Positions 55,201 through 64,000 of a stretch of 64,000 nucleotides of DNA are shown piece after piece. The DNA lies in assembly GCF_964355755.1 (NCBI RefSeq), contig NC_092671.1:34048304-34112303 (forward strand), read 5' to 3'. The translations under genes were made by a program, and so were the position numbers. The notes below the pieces were generated by a model that was not told where the DNA came from, did no database searches, and saw only the letters and a list, made by a program, of their open reading frames with translations. Numbering within the stretch: position 1 is the first letter of the stretch; each line of letters opens with the position of its first letter. The DNA comes from Antedon mediterranea (lineage: Eukaryota; Animalia; Echinodermata).

Positions 55201-58200
55201 AAATTACGAAGATGGAAGTTTACCCTACTGCGTAATGTACTAACATGATTTTTCATAGACAGTTGGTTATCTTCTTGATTATTAAGTTTAGTCACATCGT
55301 GTTCAATTTGAATTGTTCAAAAGAGATTATAAATTTAAAATGTATCAATAAGGGACAATTTGAGACATTTTGTTGTGTGATATCAAATATCAAATTAAAT
55401 AAAAACAAATCTTTTTACCTTATATTGCAGATACTACAGCTTATTAAAGAAAACCTACTGGACATTGGCCACAAGTGGATGAAACGGGTTGATTTTAACG
55501 TCTGCGTCCTGTGCAACGTCTGTCCTGAGGAGAACCTTCACTTGCACAAACTTAAAGAGTGTTTAGTTTCAACACCACGGTGTGGACCAGATGATGGCAT
55601 GGACACTTGCAAAGTCAGGCGTTTGTTTGGAAAGGACAATAGAAATCAAGGTACTAAAATAACAAGGCCATACACATGGCTGCAGTCGCGTGCACAAGTT
55701 AGTGTTTACCAACCGACCAACCAACAGACAAACCGACCGAAATTGCAGAACATTTTAAAAATGTTGAAAATATTTGATTTACATTTATATTTTTTTTTTA
55801 TTTACACGTGCGTAGCCGGCCTGTCACTTTTGACGGGCTCGTATAACGTAAATTGGAGTTGGAAAGTGAATCAAATATGATGACATTATTAAAGAAAGTT
55901 GTAAAACAGAAATCGGGCAAAACGAGTGCGTATTAACGTTTAACGTGCAGTACGCGTGCAACTGCGCACTCATTGTAATTTTTTAAACTCTTAAAATTGC
56001 CTGAAACGTACTCTAATTTCATCGAAAATAAATTTGACAATTTTCTAAATTTTAAGCGCGCGTATGTATGCGTTATATGCGCTACGCACGTAATTGTATT
56101 GCCATATTATTATGATGAAATATGACCTGAAATTTATGAGTACCAAATGTTATATAAATGTGACTCATGCTTGTGAAGATATGATTACAAACGTGATTTC
56201 GTTAAATCATGCGTAGACGGCGTAATTTTTGATTGCGCACCATAACAAACATAACCACATCGAGTCCTGGCCATAACGGATATTCTCTGAAAAATTGACT
56301 AGATGAAACTGATATCAAGCGAAGCCATATACAAGTTAGTGTTTACCGACCGACCGACGAACCGACCCACCAACCAAAATAGTGAGCTGTAGAGTCGCGT
56401 TGCACGCGACTAACAATGTTAAAGTATCGTCTGAAATAGAGGTAACAACGGGTCGGAAAACCTTCAATGACGTCATGTGGCAAACTCTTTCCTCTTTCCC
56501 TGGACATAATAAGCTATAATTGCTACAATTAAAATGTGCCCTTGTGTCCTAAGACAAATGGGATGGCAAACATTATAATGGCTTCTTTATTAAACCCAGG
56601 AAAGGATTCATCCTGATAAACCAAATAATGTTTTAAAGTCCGAGTCAGCCAATTCTTTATGTAGCATATAATGTATCAACCCAGATGGTAACCTAGTTAA
56701 GATACTGTATTCTTTTTTATCTATATATAAATTTACGTAAGGGCAAAAATCGGTAAATCGTGCGTTATTTCTAGAATGTTTACTCGATGGTATATAAAGT
56801 TGGTTCGTACTTTCGGTACTAATTTTAACCACCTGATGTGACCCTGTTTACTAATTAAATTGAGTTCGATAATTAGTTATTGACGATTAGAACGAATTTA
56901 GGTTCAACGATTTGCCCCAAATAGGGGTGTTTTCCGATCGTGGTATACACTGTCTAATGGATGTCAATTTGAAAAATACCCGCACACAATAATACGAGGA
57001 CACTTCGCATTTTCCTATCTCCTCCTACGATAATTGTTTTTAATAGCTGAAAACCGGTTGAACAGTTCGAGTACAGCATCATAATGTTGAAGACAGGCCG
57101 ATTTTCTTTAAAAAATGCTATTTTTATACATGTAATATACGTTTTTAAAAATGTATTGATTTGTGATGAATGGAACATTCCAAATTATTTGGTTTAACCA
57201 TAGAGGTATATATTTAGATTTATGGGCCCCCTTGGAGAATAAACATAAATAGTATTGCAATGCACTTTTGATCGCAATTTGAATCGCAAATTTCTTAATG
57301 TGAGTGTTGGTACTGTTAGATATAATAAAAACAAATATACAAATACTTTATTAACTGTGAGTGTGGGTAGGCCCTACTGTTAGATTATAAACATATAATA
57401 TACAAATAAATAAACGTTATTACTGACAGTTGCTTCTCAACGCTTGTATTAATTAATAATTTAAAAATATATAAACGTACGTAGTGGTGTATCGTTACAT
57501 GTACTTTACTATTTCAATCGACTATGACAGTGAGAGTTTTAACAAAGTATTAAATCGTAAATGTTTTACTGTATTTAGTGGTATATTATTTATAGGCCTA
57601 TAAAACATTAAAAACAATATTTCGTTACTGAGTGGATAAGAATATATTTTAAAATGTTTCCTCTTTGTACCTATCTTCATCCCTCAACCCTTAATGTTAC
57701 ATACAAAACACAAATTGGGTTTGTTTAAATGAGTCCAAATAAAAAAATTTGACTCATTTTGTTTCTCTCTCGGAAGTAATTCCCAGGGTGCTAATTTTAG
57801 CTGCCTACATAAATCATCGTGTATATTTATTCGTTTCTGTAAACGACAATGTATTATAGTCCTGCAGTACGTACATTTGAAATCTCCATTTTTTTCTCGC
57901 TGGAAAATACTGTGTATTCGAGAACCATCTGTGGGCACGACCTAGATGGTACGCGAGCGAAGCGAGCGTGCCATCTAGTATATATAATGTACGTAAAGGC
58001 AAATTGAGCATAAGTGTTGTTGTTTTATTATTATTTGTATAATGTAAAGAGGGACTACAGCGACAGGCCCATCGGGCCTTTTGTAGTCTCTCGACTATAT
58101 ATATTATATGCAAACCATTGTTAATGTTATATAATATTTTTGGTCAATAAAGTTTCTTTCTTTCTTGAACATTTCTTATCATTGGCAAATTTTGTGATAC

Positions 58201-58781
58201 TGTGTGTGATACACGCTTCCTATGCTATATTACGGAGTTTGTTGATTATGCTAGACAAATTGAATGCTGTAATGTGGAGATGTACAGTACTGAACATTTT
58301 AAAACAACTAAATCCTACAACCTTTTCCACTTTAACCAATAACAACCGTCAAAAACATGTCTCATAAATGAAACAAAAAGCTTAGAAAACATTTGTATAC
58401 TATTATCAACCATTTTGTATTATTTCAGCCTTTCAAGACACTGCTGTTCAAGGAAACTCGAATGTCCCTTGGTTTCTGCGACCTTTAATTGGAGTCTATA
58501 AAGACATTCCTTCCCCGATCCTGCCATTTCATATCATGACAGAGGTCTGCGTTCTTCTGGACCCTCCACAACCACGTGCTAATGATTGGCGTAGTGTAGC
58601 TTGTAAGGTTGGCTATGATTGTTACATTAACTACATCATGAACATGATGAACAGTCCTACCATGTGTGTAATGCATGGATGGTCTGAGAAGGGGTTATCG
58701 TTGGACGATTTTAAGGACTGTATGATTGCAATTAATCGGCATGATGTTGTAGGTTTAATTGAGGAACATCTTAAGCTATAA
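46253..58781 (+). CDS. Roco-family protein gene, DED-like x2 - Roc GTPase - COR - death domain, about 1089 aa, 22 predicted coding exons
   Basis: Manual splicing with consistent phases and no internal stop (sum 3270 nt): 46253-46272, 46671-46691, 47250-47270, 47580-48097, 48608-48631, 48972-49022, 49125-49281, 49673-49767, 49953-50044, 50155-50254, 50549-50619, 51265-51310, 51680-51861, 51976-52077, 52366-52545, 52696-52956, 53122-53328, 53539-53709, 53848-54159, 54419-54484, 55431-55650, 58429-58781. Motifs: RLMLVGQERAGKTSL (G1), VTDGIE (G2), IWDFAGQDLYYITHQMF (G3), PIFIVGTHRE (G4); COR motifs MPLKWLNF, LHFHHDLGNIVYY, PQWL, LMQKFDL, FYVPSLL, LPEGLYYRLVV. The start codon and the small exons at 50.1-51.3 kb are the least certain. 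Confidence 0.85.
47580..48097 (+). CDS. Exon encoding two tandem death-effector-domain-like modules
   Basis: Open 172-codon exon with AG/GT ends. First module FWSVIDELSSEIKANDLQILK...LFRLLHSEGYI...LLFEVFKVTGLQRL; second module ITGYRWMLVRLGKSLDNEHVKLL...AWNLIKIL. Resembles caspase-8/cFLIP-type tandem DEDs by pattern only. Confidence 0.65.
50926..51021 (-). mobile_element. Minimal DINE/HINE-like element, family C
   Basis: caaggccatatat...gtcgcgtgctcaagttagtgtttaccgaccgacc...cacgcgacta; ends only, no core. Confidence 0.6.
54502..55268 (-). mobile_element. 5'-truncated L2-clade LINE fragment in an intron of the intact gene
   Basis: LRNLSRIR...LSRLDYGNSLL...LQTMQNSAARLI...LHWLPVQQRIEFKIL; tail cagcgctttg...gcgctatataaat; absent from the paralog at about 21018. 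Confidence 0.85.
55662..56413 (-). mobile_element. DINE/HINE-like element, paralogous copy of 21413-22133
   Basis: Same sequence and same intron position in the intact gene, so the insertion predates the duplication. Confidence 0.7.
56720..57978 (+). mobile_element. Non-autonomous Helitron, copy 4 (last intron of the intact gene, same site as copy 3)
   Basis: Same termini and the same flanks as copy 3. Confidence 0.8.
58429..58781 (+). CDS. Terminal exon encoding a DAPK/UNC5-like death domain
   Basis: ttcag acceptor, phase 1, reads AFQDT...VCVLLDPPQPRANDWRSVACKVGY...SPTMCVMHGWSEK...LDDF...INRHDVVGLIEE then TAA. The LDPP..DW..A, SPT..W and R.DV motifs are death-domain hallmarks. Confidence 0.85.
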
Positions 58782-60999
58782 AGAGGAATGAACAAAGTAG
58801 AATGATGAACAAATCATAACAATCAATTTGGTACTGTGTGTCTTTGAATTCTAAACTAAATTATAAAATCAAATATTATGAAAGTCATCCTTTTTTATAC
58901 AGAGGCATAAATTGACCTATTTAAAAAATCAAAATATTGAATATCGAATGATAAATATTATTATAATACATATCATAACTTTGATTATGATGTATCTTTC
59001 AAAAAAATGTTTGATAATACTGATAGTTTGTTTTTAACGCAAAGAAGATTTCTGAGCCAACGTCATAATAAAACGTATAACTCGAATCAATATTTTTTTT
59101 AGTATGCTTTAAATTTCTATATTTTCAGTTTCAAAGAAGCAAATAATACAAATAGCAATCACAATTGTTTTTTTTTAAAGTATAATATCAGCCATGGTTA
59201 TTTGTTAGTAGTTTATAACTATTTTTTCTGTCTGTAACCTTACATAACTAATTATTATGTTCTAATTTATTGTTTTAGTTTGTTCAATAGTGCTATTAAA
59301 ATAATTGCATTTTCCTCAAAAATTTTACATGTGGATTTCGTACTTTAGGATCTCTGTTTTCTTGTTATTGTTGTACAAGAAGCAAGGCCTACACAATATT
59401 TAATCCTCTTTACCACACGTGTAGTAAATAATACTTCATAATCAATAGTTTTCAAAAAAGGTTTTATATGTTCACGTTTGAACAATGCACTGTTTACAGT
59501 TTGTGTAATTATTTGTTAACATTTGTAAAGTAGTTAAGTTGCACTAATGGTTTAAATTTCATTTTACATATACTTGATAGCTATGCAAATCAATTTAAAA
59601 TCATTTTATTTTTATTCATAAACAATTATATGAATGAAGATTAAGATGAACAAACCATTCATTGCATTCTAATCCTGTTCTGATTCCTTTATTAGTACAA
59701 CCTTAGCATTTCTTAACACTGAGTTTAACTGAGTTTGTTTTGCAAATATGTTTCCTTAATAATCATTAATTGTCTTATAATATTTATACTACCAATCCAA
59801 TGTTTATAATAACCAAATAAAGATTCAGTCAATAGAGGTGATTTGTTACATTTGTTGTATTATTACAAATGTTTGATGTGTTTTTTTTAAATATAACATG
59901 AATGTTTATGCTATAGCCATTTGTTCCATTACGTGACTTAGGTTGTGAATGAGTGTGACTGAGTTCTAGACTGTGTTTTGACTTAATATTACTAAAAAAA
60001 AGTACAATTTAACTTTTAACGTGGTTAACATGAACGTGTTATGATAAATGTGAACTTAAGAATCATAATTCTGATATGCATCTAATGGACACAGTTCATG
60101 ATAAAAATTTGTTTCATGAACTGTGTCCATTTAGATGTATGCCAGGTAGATCTACTAATTTACGATTCAAACTTTTTTTTATATAATCTCAAAAATAGAT
60201 AAATACACACATGCCTCAAGAACAACTATAAAACTAACCACGAACATTAAAAGTTGTTTACATATTAGGCTTAGTCTTGGGAAACAGAATCAATTAAAAG
60301 TCAACAATATAAAGAAAATCATTCAAACGACAATAAAGGTAAAAACATAAAATACCTATACAATACAATACATTATATATTGAGTTACTCTCATGTTGCG
60401 TCAGGGAAGATACAGAATTTATTCCATAATAGGCTCGGTTACCTCCGCCCCTCCCACTCCCTGCTTTTAGTGGATCTATTTAAGCTGATGGTCGTCGATA
60501 CCAAAGAGAACCCGCTCCCGTTTTTATAATTTTTTTTTATTTAAAAGGTTTTCAATCAGTTTTGATATATGTAATACTGAGGCAGGCCCCTCTTTATTTC
60601 CATATGTACACATTGTTTTGACAATGAAATTAATCTATATTTGTTTACATGAGCGGGTAGACGAGGATTATTTAATGAACAATTTTTTGTCACCAAACGT
60701 TAGAGGGATACACTTACTTAGCGAGGAATGTTTGTTACGGTGTAAAGGTTTGCTCATTTACATGTAAATAATAAATACGTAGTCAGATTCATGATATTTC
60801 AGCGAGGCTGATCCTAGATAAAACATTTCATTTCCTCTAGGCTAAGTATAAATAAATCGTTTATATGCTTACATTCTTAAATCAGTGTATACATGAAAAG
60901 AAACAAAACACAAGGTACCAGAAATTATATGAATAGACCTAGGCCTATACGTTTTGTATACGACATAAGCTTATACTCTAGTAGCTAGATCAACTTTCG

Positions 61000-61680
61000 T
61001 ATGCACTTTGAGGTCCAGAGAATTTGACTTCAGAAATTGGTTTAGGGTGGTCAAACAATCATTTTTGGCTTGGTTAAACATTTTGAAAATGTGGCGATAG
61101 GTCAAAAGGTCAGGGTGAAAGGTCATAAGACCAAACACCAATATGTCCTTAAATCTCAACAACCACTGGTCACAGCGAAGTAATGTTGGTCTCAAATTGA
61201 TCAGAAGGTATACATTTATATTCAGACTAATGGGACATTTTAGTTTAAAATGACCGGAAATGCCATTTCTGACCTTTGACCCACAACACAGAACATGTAT
61301 TTATCTCCGTAACTACTGGTCGTAGACACTTGAATTTGGTTTTAAATTGTTCGAAAAATATATTTTGTTATTTGTTACACATTTTGAAAAGTTTTACAAA
61401 AGGTCAAAGGGTCAGGGTCAAGGGTTATATGAACGAATAAATAAAGGTACTTGTATCTCGGCAACCACTGGTCGCAGCAAGTCAATTTTGGTCTCAAAAT
61501 GTTCAGAAGGCATACATTTATATTCTGTCTAATGGGGCACTTTAGTAAAAAATGATCAGAAATGCCATTTCTGACCTTTGACCCACATGCCAGGGCATCT
61601 TCATATCTCTGTAAGTACTGGTCGTAGAAACTTAAATTTGGTATCAAATTGTTCGAAATATACATATTTACATTCATTGT
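61000..61680. repeat. About 300-bp two-unit repeat insertion absent from the paralogous segment
   Basis: ggtcaaa...aaccactggtc...tcagaagg...aaatgccatttctgacctttgaccc...actggtcgtaga occurs twice. Confidence 0.7.
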
Positions 61681-62293
61681 AATAGAAAATGTTGTTAAAA
61701 GATGAACAGAAAATACTATTACTAATGTTTCAAACAAAAAACATATCTCTACACAACTTATCCTTAGACAGTAATGTTATACAATAACTGATACTTTAAT
61801 TGTTTCAATTTCAAGTACTAGTTATTGCTGTCCACGAGAACATTTTGATATAAACGTCAAACTCAACAGTTCTTTTCAGAATGCTAGAAGTAACTTGCCA
61901 TGTGTATCCGATTAAACGCCCCTGGCATTTATTGTTCAAAAGGGTTTTTAGGGGGAGGGGAGGAGGCATCTTTTTTGGGGGTATAATATGATAAAAATCA
62001 GCCATTTTTGCGGGCAAAACACAACATAAGGCCACCGACTCGAATAAAGTTTACAATGGACAATTGTATGAACGAAATGAACAAAAAAACCACAGTGGTA
62101 GTACGTAGGCCTAATTGTCAATGATAGATCAACCATATCATTGAATACAATAATATCAATAATCAACTTAGTCTAGTTCGTTTTTTCGTGCACACTTCAA
62201 GTGAAATACACGCATCAAGTTTAACAAAACTAGATTGGATTTGATTGATTTGAAATAGTAAAAGTAAATATTATGTTGGACATAGGCCTACAT

Positions 62294-62441
62294 GTCACTG
62301 TTACAACTTATAATGTAGAAAACGTCAGCTAATTTCGAAACAACCGTTAATGTAGAAACATCAACAGCTTATGTTCTGTAGTAAGCGGTGTTCTACATAA
62401 CGGTTATTTGAAAATGGCGTTTTCTACGTTGTAACAGTCAC
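62294..62441. mobile_element. Short palindromic MITE-like sequence
   Basis: ctgttacaac...tagaaaacg...aaccgttaatgtagaa paired with ttctacataacggtt...cgttttcta...gttgtaacag. Confidence 0.5.
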
Positions 62442-63083
62442 CAACATTTATCTGAGAAGCCTATAAAATCCGTACGTACTATTTAGTACAACGACTAAAG
62501 TACACCAGTTGCATGCAATTCTAATTATGTTAAATATATATATTTCATTTCTTAGTATGACCTTAAAATTTCTTGACATTTCTTAATTATTTGGCATTGA
62601 ATAAACATTAAATATTATAACATATTTTTGTTACTAATCCACTTGTATTATAATTCTAACCCAATAAAGATCCATTCAATATATTCACAGTTTTGACTTT
62701 GGTTTACATTTGTTGTATTCCAATACTTTAAAATTTTTTAGCATAACATGAATGCTTATTTTATCATTTTCGTTATATCTACCAGAAATCATTTTACAAA
62801 ATAAATGTTTACAATGGTTTTGGTGGCACTGGTTAAACATCTCTCTGCCTACAAGCAATATTAGGAAATAAATGTATTTTAATCACATTTTGTGTAAAAA
62901 TAAGAAAAGATTAATTAATAATGCAAATAGATAAAGGTATACTTGACGTGTTTACAACAAGTTGGGATAGGTGCTCGTGATCATTCACAAAAGGCACCTC
63001 GATTATATTATGTTGGGGCGACCATATCATAGAACGACAAGCCATACATACCGCGTTGGTCTCCCATATGGTTAAAACCCCTT

Positions 63084-63281
63084 AGCCTGTTTTCCTGTCG
63101 ACGTTATTTGACGCTATCGTCGTTGATCGTTAACAGTTCAACGACGATCGTTTGAAAACGATCAAGTTGAAATGATAACGATAGCGAGTACCTTTTCCTG
63201 TAAATCATTTCAATGTTTACGTAGAAGATCGCCGATTATTGTTAACGATAGCGTCGACTGACGTCGACAGGAAAACAGGCT
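63084..63281. mobile_element. About 200-bp palindromic MITE
   Basis: TIRs agcctgttttcctgtcgacgt / acgtcgacaggaaaacaggct with further internal pairing; TSD ambiguous. Confidence 0.65.
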
Positions 63282-64000
63282 TTAGAACGCAATCGTTCTA
63301 AGATCGTACCGTCGGCCTTGCCGTCCTCAACCCTAACGACATAATCTTTATCCTAAATTGTGTTAATCTATGTTAGGAAGGAGGTGTGTATGTTTACGTG
63401 CCGATATAAACTGAGATATACTTCTCTTTGTAAACGGCAAACCATGTTTTGTAAGGCTATCTCTTTATTAAAGACAACCCGTAGGTTTTTATTGCCAACA
63501 GAAATATGGTTTTTAAGTGATTGATTTGTTGTTCTAATTGTGACTCAGTAACTTCATATGAACAGTATCTGAATAGAATAGACTTTGCTACATATCTTGT
63601 TTCTATTGTCTTTCAATATTCGATCTACCGTAGCGTTAAACAACACAGGTTCATCACTGATTATTTCGCGATTACATACACTGTAAAAAAAACTGTTAAA
63701 TTTACAATTTTTTGACTGTAAAAAATTACATCCGACGACCGTTTTTACTAATTACAGTCGTTTACTGTTAATTTCCGCCTTTTTACAACTATTTACTGTA
63801 AGTAATAATTTGTGTACCCATTCGTTGGTGGCGCTGTAATTAAATTAATCTGAGCATGGGTCGTCTGTGTTCAGATTTAAAATTTACCCACGGGCAAAGA
63901 ATATATATCACAAGAATGAGTATTCCGCGATTTTTGCATGAGAAATTTTATAACAGAGAGCTCCAGAGAGTGATGCCCGCCCTCATAAGGGCGGATGTAT

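Noticed and set aside
28535-58781. Death-domain exons offset by 30001 bp
   Set aside because: The offset differs elsewhere in the duplication because of indels; the round number is coincidence.
63679-63800. CACTGTAAAAA-type transposon end
   Set aside because: Only one end visible; no TSD or partner TIR in the window.
1-64000. Prokaryotic operon or defence system
   Set aside because: Very low coding density, spliceosomal introns and eukaryotic repeats throughout.

Overview
This is AT-rich metazoan DNA (spliceosomal introns, SINE/LINE/Helitron-type repeats; probably a marine invertebrate, which is an inference), not prokaryotic sequence. The main feature is a 22-coding-exon gene on the + strand (about 46253-58781). 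I spliced it by hand into one uninterrupted frame of about 1089 aa with the order DED-like pair, Roc GTPase, COR, DAPK-like death domain; I recognised no LRR or kinase. A 5'-truncated, frameshifted tandem copy lies upstream (18073-28780). A duplicated 5' module with frame-compatible micro-exons lies between the two copies (about 31150-37970). The rest is transposon-rich: tandem arrays of two Helentron/HINE-like families (1-8490), four copies of a non-autonomous Helitron, small DINE/HINE-like elements, two MULE-type MITEs with 9-bp TSDs, a near full-length Rex-Babar-like LINE, an Academ-like DNA transposon, L2 and RTE-like fragments, tRNA-derived SINEs, minisatellites and foldback structures. 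Domain and family names come from motif recognition only; no database search was run.
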